Shown here: positions 1 to 13,515 of the stretch, piece after piece
How the letters are laid out: every line of letters begins with the position of its first letter
Position numbering within the stretch: position 1 is the first letter of the stretch
Assembly (NCBI GenBank): GCA_973895155.1
Contig: OZ316892.1
Location: 20,585,619-20,649,618 of the forward strand
DNA length: 64,000 nucleotides
DNA from: Marsupella aquatica
Lineage: Eukaryota > Plantae > Marchantiophyta
Direction: 5' to 3'
The notes under the pieces: generated by a model
The model's database searches: none
What the model was told of the DNA's origin: nothing
The model's input: only the letters and a program-made list of their open reading frames with translations
Translations under genes and position numbers: made by a program

Positions 1-275
1 CTCGCCTTGCCTCGCCGCCCCCCCGGCCCCCCGGCTCGCCTCGCACCCCCTCCCCGCCCGGCCCGGGCCGGCCCGGCTCGCGTTCCACTACTATTCCCCA
101 CTCCCGGCTCGCGTTTCCTATTCCCCATTCCGGCTCCCCAATACTCCTGAGACCGGGCCGGGAGAGGGGTGCCCGGGATTTTCTGGTCGCGACGGGCCGG
201 GCCAGGAGGAAAGTAGCCGGGCCGGGAATTACCGGCCTGGAGCCGGACCGGGGACCGGGGTGGACGGGTGACAAC
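1..275. repeat. GC-rich block of short CCGGCCCG/CGGGCCGG direct and inverted repeats, probably the end of a non-autonomous DNA transposon cut by the window edge
   Basis: Repeated ccggcccgg, gggccggg and ggctcgc motifs in both orientations; GC content drops abruptly after ...gggtgacaac at ~275. Confidence 0.35.
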
Positions 276-564
276 TTGTCGGTTGTCGAGTCCAAAGGCC
301 TATATTTGTCGGACAAGTCCAAACCGGGGCACTGTCAGTTTGTTAGGTCAGCTGCCTCAGCACTTCTATTGTACTGTTGTATACACGCAAACCTTCCAGG
401 TCTGACGGAGCTCGAGCATCTTATTGAATTGTCACAACCATCCAGATGGATAGACATCAGAATCAAACAAGGGCTACATAAAACCATTCCTGCCACTATA
501 AACGATTTGGGTTCAGACACGACCAAATCATTCACACGTAGGCCAAACCATGCTGTCTTAATTG

Positions 565-616
565 TTATATTATATTATATTATATTATAGTATAGTATAT
601 AGTATAGTATAGTATA
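565..616. repeat. (TATAT/TATAG)n microsatellite
   Basis: ttatattatattatattatattatagtatagtatatagtatagtatagtata. Confidence 0.85.
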
Positions 617-1959
617 CGTACGTATATGCCAAAAAAACAAAAAGGAGCCCAATGACACGATCCTACAGGCCAACGACTCAATAAAGAGGGGGACAACAAG
701 AGGAGACAAAAAAAAACCAGGGGAGACCCAAAAACCAAGGGGAGACCAAAAAAACAAACAAACCAGGGAGACAAAATGCCAGAGTGACCCAGGTAAACAT
801 TTAGGATCTAAGATTTGATTCAGCTTCCTTTGTTGATATAAATTTAAAAGTGGAAGCCCTTATCACAAACATGTTGGTGGTTATCAAGAGTGGCGTTCCT
901 GGCATCCAGTACCTTGTCTGAAACTCCTCATCTGTGTGACTCTGCCGACTCTGATTTCAGTTTAACTTGCTAACTGGTGTCACAATACAGTGTAGTTCTT
1001 TACCCCTTATCCCAATCAGACTCTCACTACCTAATAGTGTCATGCCACTGCGACACTGACCAATACAGACAACGAGACACACCAAACATCAACCCACATA
1101 CTTCCTGATGTAAAAAAGTTAATCTAGTTTTACCTCCTTCATTTGCCAAGTCTTGTTGCACAATTCATGTACGGATTTTAGTACCGCGAGAGCAGAGTAG
1201 ATGAGATAATTGTGTGGACATAGAAGGTAGATGAGAATGGTTGCTCAAGAGGTCCATATACTGAGCTTATATCATATTCAAAGTTGAACTGTGACCCTAC
1301 CAGCAGGGCCCCATGAAATTGCTTGGGAGGCGAATTTCGAACTGCGACGAGACTGGTAATCACACATCAAAATGTGACTGCATTCATTGAGTGAAAGAAA
1401 AAAACTAGTATTATCATTGATTGAAAAGAAAAAACTAGTATTATCACTGTATATATTAGGGGTGTCTTACATAGTATATATTATATTATGATGTGCAGTT
1501 ATCGAGACCCCAAAACTTGTGCACCACTGTAGTTATCCCCGAAGATAATGTGCTCAGGACAGAATGATTGGGAGAGAAGCACTCACTCACTCGTCATCGA
1601 ATGTAGTCGTGTGCATCCCACATTAAACCTTCCCAATTTCGGCTCTTCTCCCGAAAAAGAAACTTTACACATCGGGCCAGCACAGTTATGGCGTTTTAAC
1701 TTAAAGCGAAGATATTCCTCTCAAACTGACAGCGTCAGACACTGCACTATCGGTATTACGCCGCCCGGCGCGGGTATCTTACGCCGTGATGATTGCACCA
1801 GATTGGTGGGTATCTACGCTAGCAGGTCGAACAAATTACTTTTTTAGCACCGTAGCGAAGTGAACAAAGCTCCCGATGAGGAAAATGATAGTGTCGACGC
1901 CCGACGGCTCCCTGAGACGTCCACTTACCACTTACCGTGCGGGCAGAGTCGATGACCAG

Positions 1960-1995
1960 TGGTGGTGAGGTGGTGAGGTGAGGTGAGGTGAGGTG
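1960..1995. repeat. (GGTGA)n simple repeat
   Basis: ggtggtgaggtggtgaggtgaggtgaggtgaggtg. Confidence 0.75.
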
Positions 1996-4900
1996 CCTGG
2001 GTGGACTTCACCTTTTTATGAGAAAACTTCTCGACATCCGCGCTTCTCAAAGTAGAGGGCTGTCATGGAGCAGAAATACCGAGCTGAGCTTTGCATGGCA
2101 TGGGCGTCTGGCAACGCGGCCGTGGATAAGGAGCTAGCGTACCGGGCCCATCGAGCAGCTAGCCGAGCACGAGGCTCTCTAATAATCGGCAGCCGCCTGG
2201 ACACCTAGAGCCTAGAGATTCGTTCCTTCATAACGCGCTCTGGTGCTCATGAATCCTGAACTCCTGAAGTCTGCAGTCCGCACGGCACTACGGTTGTCTT
2301 GACGACAATGTCGGTAGGCCAAAGTGAAGCCGCGCCATCTTACTACGAAAGGGCATTGCAAAGCTATTTTTGAAGGTTACTTGTGTAGAGTAATGCAAAA
2401 CCTACTTTTGAAGGTTACTTGTGTAGAGTGACGACTCTAGAATCTACCTTTAGATTGTGTGGAGTGAAAACTCTAGAATGTAACTCCCAATAAGGACAAA
2501 ACAATAGAATAGAGTGAGAAAAAACAAAAATTGGGCAAAAATTCAGCATATTGTCATTTTTATTGCACCATTTTTTATTGTCTTGGTCTCTATTCATGTT
2601 CAAGTACTTGGGGGCTCTAATCAAATTAGGGGTGGGGGTTGAAAATGGGGATGGGGATGGATTAGTTTAGGAAGTAGTGCACTACATCTGAAAATAGGGC
2701 CGCTTGTGAAGAGAGACAGTCAAGTAGGGGCTGCCTGTCAAGAGAGTGGATGGATTAGGGAGACCCCCTGTGAAAAGGTCAGGTGCTATCATTGAGGGTC
2801 AAGGGCTATGGTGAAACGGCCACCTCTTCTTCAATAAAGAATCATGCAGTAAAAATCAAAGTGAGAGTGCACCAGAGTGCTTTGGTCAGCTGCTCTCAGA
2901 TTGAGGGTCAAAACCTTTCTATCCTCATCTCTATTCACATTCAAAAAACACATAGTCGGACTAGTTTTGGTGAATGATGGGAGTTTTGGGCTTATAACTT
3001 GATGATGAGTTTTAAATAATTTTAGATTTTTCACTTGCAAGGCAACCAGGGAAGGAGGGGACATTAAAAAAATACAAGCCCTAATTCTTCATACTAACAC
3101 AATGAAAATTAGTCTAATAGATTCTACCCCTGAGCATTCCATGATGAATAACTCAACAAATGGCTAGAATCTACTCTCACTTTGATGAAAGTGTAGCTGA
3201 CCTACTCCTCTAGCACATCCTCAAAACTAAAACATATTTGACTTTGTGAACATCAAATTATTACAATTAAACTCAAATTTGAGAAATGTGATCCATGGAG
3301 GTTTCAAAAGACCAACTTTTCGGTCATGGGAGCATCACTTTCAAATTAAAGTAGGCACAAAGCCATTCTTGCTTGGCATTCCAATTGTTGCATGAAACTG
3401 GGTTTCTGTTGTCTGGTTCTGCAAGTATACATGACTCTGCACCATACTTTGGGTGTTAGATTCATTTGCCTGACTCTCCTATGTACTTCATTTGTTTTAC
3501 CCTCCTATGTGCTTCACTTTGAACCTCTACTCGGCTCTTCAGTCTGTCCCTAGGTAGGGTTTTAGGTCCTCTTTTCCTGGTTGTTTTGCAGTGCAATTCT
3601 TCCCGGGCTTTCTGGCTCCTTGTTGCCCCTTATGATTGGGACTTTTGTCGGTGGGATCCTGTCTCCCTGGTTAGTCCCCTTGTGGTCTTTTGCAGTTTAT
3701 ATATAAATATTTATTTATTTATTTAGTTTTCTTCATGTAAGACTCAGTCTTGGAAATACCAAATACTCCCACCTAGCTCCCAACGTTTTGTAGTAGCTAC
3801 CAATATAGTAATCTTGAGATCAAAACCAACAATTTTAGGGTCAACGGGGACTCACTTTATCATCCACAAAATAATGGGATTTTTATTTTATGGGTTTTAT
3901 GATTCCCCGACTCAAGTAGTGCACCCTGTGTAGTCGAGGTTGACCAGACAATGACTGCATCATAGTTATTGTGTTTTATGATTTTCTCATAATCGATCAT
4001 GCAAAGGGCCTAGTGGTCAAATCCTGAATCCATCGGTTTTAAGAGGGGCCAGTTAAGTCCTTTGAAGAATGAGCCCAATGCCCTTGCAGCCCACGATTAA
4101 CAAAGGTGACGCACCATGGGCAAGGTGGATGCACAGAGGCCATGGATCACAAGTTGCGGAGAGCCCAGGGATGCCCAGAGGCGTTTCTGCCTCATCAAAT
4201 GATGACAATAGGGGAAGCAAGGGGCAGGAGTCTTCCCACCCAGATGACAACTCATAAACAGATGATATGCCAGAATGAGTCGGATTGGATATATTATGGT
4301 GCTTATTAATAAAAATATAATATCTCCTAGGCCTTAAGCCATTAGATCATTCAATCCTGATCTTAAGCCCTATCTTAAAGATAGCAGTCAGACCCTCAAA
4401 TCTTGATTTATCCACCTAATGAGGTATATGCATGTTTACCCCTGCCAAAAGAAATTTAGATGATAGGCCCTTTTGAAACTTTAGTTACAAACTAGGCCCC
4501 CTCTGACACTTTTGAGTCAGATGTTCTTGTAATGTTCCAATAAGGAGTTTTAGCTTGATATTATCACCAATAAGAGCTACTGTAATATAGTCCAATCATG
4601 TTGAATGATAAACGACACCGTTGGGGACCACGGAGTAATGGCGGCCGTCATGCAAATTGCAAGTTCCTAGGTGAAGACAATGAGGTTCATGTCTTCACTT
4701 TTGAATTTTGTCTTTAGGTTGCTTAACTAAGCCTATGCACAGGGTTTGCATGATGTTTTGACGTTTCTCTATATTCTTTTGTCTCATTATGAAATGAATC
4801 CTCTACTTTTGGCCATTGGTCCCTACTGCAACGTTTGAAAATTGTCCAAGTGTGGAATGAAGACAATGCGGATGTTGTCTTCTCACATCTAGACCCCAAA

Positions 4901-6210
4901 TTTGTCTGGAATGAACCAACTAAGTATCTTTTACCCAAGTTGGCTGTTTTTCCTTGTTGCAACCTTGAAAAAAATTGTCTGAGTGTGAAACAAAGACACC
5001 ATCAAGTCAATCATAATGGGAAAATTTTGCTAGCCTGCAAGAACTAGACTAAATGTAGTACAAACCCACTATCCTGTAGTGGTGGATCCCTTAAAATTCT
5101 TTTAACTATGTGAAAATAGAATCCATTATGTCATCCAGCATAGATGTACGCGCGGTGGACTGTGATGCGGTGTGCGATGGATTGTGGTGGGAAATGTAAG
5201 GTTGACCATGCATTGTTTTAGGCATCACATAAGAACCATGTGTAGAAAATCTATGTAGGGGGCTAGTTGGTCACAACAATTTTACATTATGCATATCATA
5301 TCATTTTTGACAAGTTTCAAAGTGACACCCACTTATTTTGTCATAATTGGAACCTGAAATTCATTATTTTCTGAGCCAACCTGATCATCATTACGGTATT
5401 ATTCATCTACAGTGCAGTTACAGACAGGGGTCAATGGGATTGAGGACGCACATTTTTACTTTTGAGAATGGAAAATGATCACCAGTCCTATTGTTTGTTA
5501 TTTGCTTGTCTGCGGGCGCCAGGTTGATACTCAACGTTCCAGTGCCTGCAGGTTGATACGACCCAGTTACGGGACAGGTATAGTTTAGCCTTCGACTCTA
5601 GCTTAGTCCACGCTTCACCTACGGCTAGATAAGTACTGTTAGTATATGAAAAACTTCTGTACATGATTTGCTAACATTTTGTTACTTCATATCATAGATT
5701 CAATTCCTGCTTCAAACAAACGGAAATGTTGTTACGTACCCAGAGTTTAGCTGTCAAATACACGAGATCTAGTCCAGTGATGTACAGATAAAGTGCACAG
5801 CAGCCGCTTCCCTACTTCCGGTACTGCAATGATAAGAGCGACAGTTTAGTACCGAATAAACAAAAATAAAGCAATAGAGTATTTTTGTCAGCACAATCAT
5901 GGGGGTGATGCCGCAGGTGACGTAGTGCAGTCTGGTACGGAGACCCACTATTGTGCAACTACTGAACCATCAACCATTGTGAATATCTTTCGTGACCACA
6001 AATTGTATTTCTGCACCGCTTTTTGACCACAAATTGTTCCCCTGCAGGTCCTGACAGTACATGCTTCACTCCATGAGAACGTGAATTGGCTTCCATGTAC
6101 GGTATTGGGCAAGCAATAATGGACATTGGGAGGGACAGAGGTGAGCTCAGGATCCTACTTATTAGGGAAAGCAGAGATGGGCTCAGGATATTCACGGAGA
6201 CAGGGAGAGT

Positions 6211-6322
6211 AGTCCCTGCTAAAGCATTTAATATGCCTCGATTCTCCCCCACAAAGCCACCGGAAGGACCCCCCGTTTTCCCATCAAGCCAGGCATCCCC
6301 CCTCGTCACTTTTCAGGCAGGT
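6211..6322 (+). repeat. Left terminal inverted repeat
   Basis: 44-bp perfect core, then ccggaag, tttccc and tcacttttcaggc blocks matching the right copy in order. Confidence 0.9.
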
Positions 6323-7685
6323 AAACACTGCCCCTGCCAATTTGCCCGTGAGTAAGCCCGTGAGTAACTGTTTTTTACCTTTACATTCAGTTTTCACTCA
6401 ATTTTGACGCACAGTCTCGGGCTTAACCTGATTTGCAAGTCTGTGAAAGTCTGTGAAAGGAGACAACTATCGGGATTGGGTTTTTCTTCTTCTGTTTTTT
6501 CTGAAGTGGACGATGAACCGAGGGGATGAATCTCGAGTCCTTGATGGACTTTACACACTGAAAAAGTAAAGTAGCCCAGAAAAGACAATAGAGGATACAC
6601 AACGTAGCCCAGAAAGATCTACAAGGCAGCCCAGAAAAACAACAGAATTCTTTAAAAAAAACTTAGACAGATTTCTATTTATGTTATGACATCACCGGTA
6701 AATCTAATTTTCAAATTACTTATTAAATTCTTAACGAATGGTGACAATCCTGAGCTCATTAGGAGAGTCTCTCCAAGATCTTTCCGATGCTATATTATAT
6801 GTGACTTTTCATTGTGATTTGACTCAGAAATTTGAAATCGAAATTTGCAGCCGGGAAAAAAGTCGCGAAAATCTGAAATTTCGATTCATTGTAACTCATT
6901 CAAATCTAGACTAAAATCTTCGATGTTGGATTCTTTTGAAGCGGATTGACAAGATCTTTCTAATGTATCATAGCACTCCCAAATTTTGTTGTGGATTGAC
7001 ATATTGACTCATTAAATTCTTGCTGCAGAGAAAAGTTGATGGAAACTATCAGCTGCATGAAGCAACGGTGAAAAAACGAATTCAAAGACTGAACAGTCTA
7101 ATTAAGCAGAAGCAAAACCTACGATGCTATCGTTTCTCAATAAATTCATGGCCCGATTACTTACAAGTAACCATGGACGTCTGTCTGTGTTCAGTGTGTC
7201 TGGAATTCCTGAATGAAAATTGCTCAAAGCAACTCGGGTAAGAATGGACGTCTGCAATTTTCGTTTTGTTTGTTGCTTCCAGGCCAAAAGATGGCCATTT
7301 CTCGAGTCGGGCCAAATTGCTTATGTGGATGTAAGGAAATAATGAAAATTGCTCTAGAGGCAAAAAAGTTAACAATGGACATCTGTCGGCGAGTCTCATG
7401 TTACGCTGTTCTCAGAAGTCCAGTGCACTGGCTTTTAAAAGCGAGCTTGTAGGTTAAAGATCTTCCCGTTCTAAGCAAATTAAATGTTGGGTTATAAGTA
7501 AGGCTAAGCGCATGGCTGAACATATACAAAGGGAGCTTAAGTTCAAATCAATCAAATACACTGGTTAACCCAAATTTTATAAAAAGTCTCCGCATGACAG
7601 TACTTCGTCAAAACTCCATTGTATTGTATTCTTCAAAATGGAGGAACATTTCTATTTAATCCTTTATGTCTTCTACATAAGAGGC

Positions 7686-10600
7686 TTAGAATTGCCTTAG
7701 CTGACTTTCCAGAGAAATAATAGGGTATAGGGAAGACCACATGCCAACATTTGACACCTCATTTAGGCAAATAGGACTCATTCCAACCATACTTGACGTC
7801 TTCTCTTCTACAACTTTACTAACTTCCTGGCCAGGGGCCTTCTTCTGAATAGGTGGTTTGGGAGCTTGTTTCACAGGAGCCTTTTTCTGCCCAACTGGTT
7901 TCACCTTTGCAAGTTGTCTGGCATCTTTTTTCATCACCTGTGTTGCAGACGAGGTTGCACATGAATCTGTATTCTCAATGTCAACATTGTTTGCCTTCCG
8001 ACTGCTAACCTGTTTTATAGGCTTCTTGTAACGCCCCATTGACGCTGTGAGATGCCAATCGTGCTCCTGGTTGAGATCCAGACTTGCCAACGCTGCCTTG
8101 TCAAGTTTTTGCTGATCTGACTCTTGCACTGTAACAATTCTGACAAAGGGAGCTGCAAAGTTCTTTTCATTGGGGCCTCAGTCAAAGTTGAGCTTCTCTG
8201 TGAATTTGGTAAACGCCTTCCTCTCTTCCACATCTTGTCCACAAAAGACTCTTTCCTTTTCAAGCTACGGTCTGCCCCAGGTACAATTTTGAATGCAGGT
8301 GGATTTGGCATCTTCAGCAATGGAGTAGGCCCAATTTGTACAGAGTCATATCTAGCCCCAAGTGAAAAGATCTCATCTCGTAATTTTAGCAAGCCAGTCA
8401 TGCCAATGCTATTCAAATGAGGAATGCTCTCAACTTTACCATAAATCTCCTTTAAGACTTTTCATAATGCCCATAGCTAAAAGTTAGATCCTCCTTTTCT
8501 GGCTCACAATCCTCCAGTAGTGGCTCACAATCCTCCAATACAGGCTCTTCTACATTTGCCTGGTCTGAATCATTGCTGGCTGGATCCATATTAGGCTCTG
8601 GATCCATATTAGGCTCTGGCCACTGTGCCCTCTCAAATTTGAGCCCACCCACCATAGTTCCATAGGTTTGAAGAATCTTGGACTCACACATGCCACTCAT
8701 AAGCAACAATTTTATTTGTACATCAATAGAGAAACACAAGTAATATGAGACATTGTCATGATAATGTGTTTCATATTTCATATGAAATTACAGTTGTGGC
8801 TAGGTAAGATATAAATGCACCTGAAGCTTACAGGTATTACCTTGCATGCTGGATCCACAAGTGCACATGCAAGTATCATCGAAGTATCCTTCAAGGACGT
8901 GCCACTCTCCTGGCTTCTTCTGGCTACAAACAAATGCAACAGTGTTGCCTTCCTGATACTTGACATCATCTACAGGAATGCTCCTTGCCTTCAAGATGGT
9001 TTTCCAGATTATGTCTTCAATTTTCCGATTTCTGACCCGCCCTTGCCACTTCATATAAGACATACACCAATAGTGGTGTTCAAGATGGATAATCAATTGT
9101 TCTACTAGCCAAACAACCTTCCGCCCTACCTTAGTAGATTTCTCTTCCTACAAGTATCGCTTCAGAGTTCCATGCCATCTCTCAATCGCCCCATTGGTGT
9201 TCTGGTTGGCATGGTTGAAGCTCCTGAAGTTTATAACCCACTTATTGATCTTACAATGCCAGTATGTTCTGTAATACTCCACAAACACTAGTTGCTCATC
9301 TCCCCATGATGCCATGAACCGGAGGGACTCTTCGACAGGGTCTGTGAAAGAAAACAACACACAATCATGAAATAAGACAGAGCTTTCTGGAGACAAATAG
9401 GGTCAGAGTTTACCTTTGTTTTTCTGGTACATGAGGTCTCCAAGCTCTTAATTCATTCTGGCGCATGAATGGGGATCTCTTACTTTTTCCAGTATGTTTT
9501 TAGTCCATGCTCTCCTCACATCATGCCACACACATAAAGTGATTGGAACACCTGGCCAACCTCACTGCCAACGCAAATGGAGTCAGATGATATAATACAG
9601 TGACAAGGTGCTTTAATACTGGAATTTTTAAGCAACTGTGTTTGGGTGAAACTACCTTAACACATTCTGCTCTTCAGCTGCACAATCCACTATAAAACAA
9701 GCCGGAGCCCATGTCCTGTCTAGGCGTAGGTCATCTTGTTTGGTTCTTTCCATGGCTACCTTTACTGTAGTCAGAACTTGTAGTAAATCTCTCTCTTTGT
9801 GGGTCTCCATTAGAGCCCAACATGTGGAATTCCATTCTGGAATTCATCAAAACAGAGCACAGTGTACAAAGAATACTGTACATGCACACAGCCAAGGTTA
9901 CAATTACCACTTAAACTTTTCAAAACAGTAATATAAGTCAACCTGGAACCTGGAATAGAAACAAAATTTTAATGAGTATCACTAACCTCATACTCATTCA
10001 CACCAAAAGTGGCATCCATGGACACAGCACTACCATGCTCAAGAGTGGCCATTTTTTCCAGTTGCCACTCAGTTGCAAACACCAATAGAAAAGGAGTTTG
10101 TGTCTTCTCATCCCTCTCTTGGTACAATAACACTTGACAACCCATTAGCTTGCACCCACAATTTGCATCCCAGAGGATCATCACTCGCCCAATGACTTTT
10201 CCGACTGTTAATGGCTTTCTTGACATTTTGAATGTCCTTCAAATCTAGTCCCATGTCCCTTGTCCAGATTACATTGGCTCTGTCACTGAACCTCTTTCTA
10301 TGCTCACGCAGCTCTTCCCGTTGGGCCTTCAGAACTCCCAGTTCAGTGACTCCTGTTCGCAAGAGCCTTTCAATGCTCTCACAAAGGTCAATGGATATTT
10401 TGGGGGCAATGTGAGCCCCCACATCCCAGCAGATCTGTCCTCCCAACCATGACAAAAATTCCCTGTATTATCAACATGTTTGAACTCTATGAATTTCAAC
10501 AAGCAAGCATTGGGCCTTTCCATCTCCTTGAAATTCGCTGAAAAATTGAATCTACAGCCTCTCCTAAAAGACTCTCCAGTATGTGTAGTCTGTCGTAGTG

Positions 10601-10950
10601 GTTTCTCTCCATTTTGAAGAACTCTATTTTCTGGTAGATCTTCCCGGATGTCTCCCCTGGCATCTTTTGGTCCATAACAACAAAGATACCTGGCTTATGG
10701 TCAACCAACCACGTTCTTTGTTTCTTAATACTGTTTCTTTTATTTTCAGGCAAGTGTTAAATTTCTCACGACATTCCTCCCCTTTCAGGAAATCTTTGAG
10801 CCTGGATTTTGGAATCCAAGCTTCTTTTTTAAACCAGGTCAAATGATCAAAAGTAAACTTCCCTGGTGCTGGAATCTGGATTTGGTCACATTGTAATGCA
10901 CCATAGTGACGTCTTGATTTTTTGACATTCGAAGCATTCCCATCAGACAT
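7686..10950 (-). pseudogene. MULE (Mutator-like) DDE transposase with SWIM zinc finger, disrupted
   Basis: Joined frames give YLCCYGPKD...RGCRFNF...H (N-terminal zinc motif), SMDATFG (D1), FIVDCAAEE (D2), LCVWH, NTNGAIERWH (E) and CMCTCGSSMQGNTCK (SWIM, His lost). Several frameshifts (~10700, ~10420, ~10135), in-frame stops (e.g. 9148-9150) and GT-AG introns. The 3' end is approximate. Confidence 0.85.
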
Positions 10951-11189
10951 CTGACATTGAAAATAAAAGTGTAAGGACTAGTACTTGCAATTCAAAGAAA
11001 CAAAGCGTTTCTAATCAGAAATTACAGTTATTATTCTATTTCATTTACATCCAGTCACTTACTCTCTATAAATCTCAAAAAGTTTAAGCATGCAACAGGC
11101 TCTCGTCATTCACTGACACACAATCACTCTCAATATGTTCACACAAATATTGTTTTCCATTAGAATAGAACACACAGGGCACATCATTT

Positions 11190-11407
11190 GCATTACTCAC
11201 AGTTATTGTTATCATTGCATCAGATCTCATTGCAATGCATATTCTCAATTTAGTTTTTATTTACGCACGACTACTGTAGTTCTCATTGAGTTACATGCTT
11301 TCATTACTCACAATTACTATTATCATTGCGTCAGATCTCATTGCAGGGCATATGATTCTCAATTTAGTTTTTATTTACGCACGACTAGTTCTCATTGAGT
11401 TACATGC
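11190..11407. repeat. Tandem duplication (~110 bp x2) upstream of the MULE coding region
   Basis: cattactcaca...cagatctcattgca...ttctcaatttagtttttatttacgcacgacta...gttctcattgagttacatgc occurs twice. Confidence 0.8.
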
Positions 11408-11787
11408 CAGTCATCGCATTGCGTCTTCCTTCTATCGTATTGCGTCTTCCTTCCAATCATTAAATCTTTCTCAAAGCATAGTGTAAAACTGACATTTGTG
11501 TACAAAATGAATGTAGTCACTTACCTTGGAACACGATTTCGGACCGACCGAGAAGTGTGTCGGAGTTCTCGTTTAGCCCGATCCCGTTTTTTTTCTAAGG
11601 CAATGCAATGACCGATAAAATTGGAAAAAACTCTCCGAAACGCCACTTTCCTCCATTGCATCGCCGCGGGAATGCAGGGAGCGATACGTGCATCGGGTTT
11701 TACATTTCGTCAGTGAAAAAGTCCGAACTGCGAGTAACTTGGTCCGAACCGCGTAATCCAGGAACGACCACGCACTAACCCAGGTAA

Positions 11788-11850
11788 AGGGGAAACTTAA
11801 CCATGGTTAAGGGGAAATTAACCATGGTTTAGAGCGTCTCCTATATAAAG
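11788..11850 (+). promoter_or_regulatory. Putative divergent promoter: duplicated 21-22 bp unit containing a 16-bp palindrome, followed by a TATA box
   Basis: aaggggaaacttaaccatggtt / aaggggaaattaaccatggtt; CTTAACCATGGTTAAG at 11796-11811; ctatataaag at 11841-11850. Lies between the minus-strand MULE gene and the plus-strand cargo ORFs. Confidence 0.45.
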
Positions 11851-12442
11851 AGGAGCGGGCTGCCCATAAAACGTTTGCTTTCGCCAGAGCAAATATCTCC
11901 TGACTGAGAGCGAATACCAAACTCCCATCAAGTCTTACATTCCTCCCAAGCGATTCGACTCTTTCTACCGAAAACCCGATAAATTTATCGGAACAGCCAT
12001 TCCTGTTCAAGTTCTCCATGTAAGACTAACTAGTCATTTAGTGTAAAATGTCCAGATCCGAGCGGACTGCGATAAATTTATCGCATTTTGCATTCCTCTG
12101 TTGCAATCATTTGATCCAGTGTTTAGAGAGGTGTTGCCTTCATTCCGATAAATTTATCGGAGTCTTCATTCCTTTCATGGAAAGAGGAGTAATTGAGAAT
12201 CTGATAAATTTATCGGAGTTGTCATTTTTGTGAAAGATTGAATTCAGGGGTTAGGTGTCTGAGGAAGTCATATTTTCAATTCGAATGCGGAGTGCGATAA
12301 ACTTATTGCATCCTCCTGTGAGAATCATTTTCCTTTGTTTTGTTTGGAGACTCATCTTCATCTCTGATGTCGCAGTGTTGCCGGGTTTAGGAGGCACAAC
12401 GGAAGGTCGATTGCACTCCGTGGACAACAGGTATTGTGACAA

Positions 12443-12772
12443 ATGGCTGTCTTCCTTGAAAATTGTGTCAAACGTGCACGCCGGTTGTACAAGAGACTCG
12501 TGCGACTCAAAGTTCTCCCCATCGGTATAGGAGCATTGTGGATGGGTGGTACTGATCCTGGAGATAGGCAGAATCCTCTCCGCATTGAATTCTGCAGAAT
12601 GAATGATGCAGGAGTTCCAATTCGTTCAAGGTTGATGTTAACGGCGTGTTTACATTCTTTGGAGTTTTCTTGTAACTATTGTTGTCGTCGTCTTGACAAC
12701 AAGTACCACAAACAGGCTCACTTTTGTTGTAAGATTTGGAACGAAGACCCTTGGGTGAACCTTTCACGATGA
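12443..12772 (+). CDS. Small Cys/His-rich hypothetical cargo protein
   Basis: 109-aa ATG ORF with CLH..CNYCC..HFCC; co-oriented with the neighbouring cargo ORFs; no recognisable family. Confidence 0.35.
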   Translation: MAVFLENCVKRARRLYKRLVRLKVLPIGIGALWMGGTDPGDRQNPLRIEFCRMNDAGVPIRSRLMLTACLHSLEFSCNYCCRRLDNKYHKQAHFCCKIWNEDPWVNLSR

Positions 12773-12966
12773 GTGTTTCGACCTTTTCATTGAGGCGCGT
12801 CTTGGAAGGACATATTTAAATAAACAAGTCCTACCCTTGCGCAGCGAATATAATACGTCACGAGTCCTAATCGTTAAAATGTCGTGCAGGGTTGGTACTG
12901 TGGATGTGTTCGGTTACACCTGGTGATTGAAGGTATTTTTATTGGTGGTTTTGGTAGCTCTGCTTC

Positions 12967-13515
12967 ATGGCTGCATCGGAGAATCTAATCGTTGCAAAGA
13001 TGGGATCCATTTTAGCCCACGAGCGTAGGAAATATATTCGAGGAAAAGTGCCCGGTGTGGAATGCGGAAGTTTGTTGAATGGACTTCCTGATGAACTCGT
13101 TGAATCTCACATTTGGCCCCTCCTAGCCTTGTCTTGCACACAAGATGAACACCTTGGCCTTGACCTAAAACTTCTACCAGAAGAACGACTGACTCGAATG
13201 AGAACAATAATTTGTCTTGGAGCCACCTTGAAGAAATGGAACCATCTTGTTGTTGGTACACGATTTTGGGCGCTATTGAAATATGCAGTCCGTGAGATCA
13301 ATGACATAAACAAAATGCTCGCAAGCATTCCTAATGCCGACCTTCTCTCAAACCTACATATTGCTAGGGTCTTCCGAGAGGAAACTCATTTCCTCCCTCC
13401 CATAGATATGCTTGGGTGCTTTTCGTATGAGCAGTTAGATCAGTTTCGTAGAGTTTGGATAAATCTTGGAGAAAGCGGGAAGCGGACAATTCTTGCATGG
13501 CATGGACGAGTCTGA
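12967..13515 (+). CDS. Hypothetical cargo protein with F-box-like motif
   Basis: Uninterrupted 182-aa ATG ORF; LLNGLPDELVESHIWPLL and LGATLKKWNHLV resemble the two halves of an F-box. Confidence 0.55.
   Translation: MAASENLIVAKMGSILAHERRKYIRGKVPGVECGSLLNGLPDELVESHIWPLLALSCTQDEHLGLDLKLLPEERLTRMRTIICLGATLKKWNHLVVGTRFWALLKYAVREINDINKMLASIPNADLLSNLHIARVFREETHFLPPIDMLGCFSYEQLDQFRRVWINLGESGKRTILAWHGRV

Noticed and set aside
900-1950. Minus-strand 5' exons of a gene leaving the window
   Set aside because: Splice-donor-like sites are present (~911, ~1930), but there is no recognisable coding sequence
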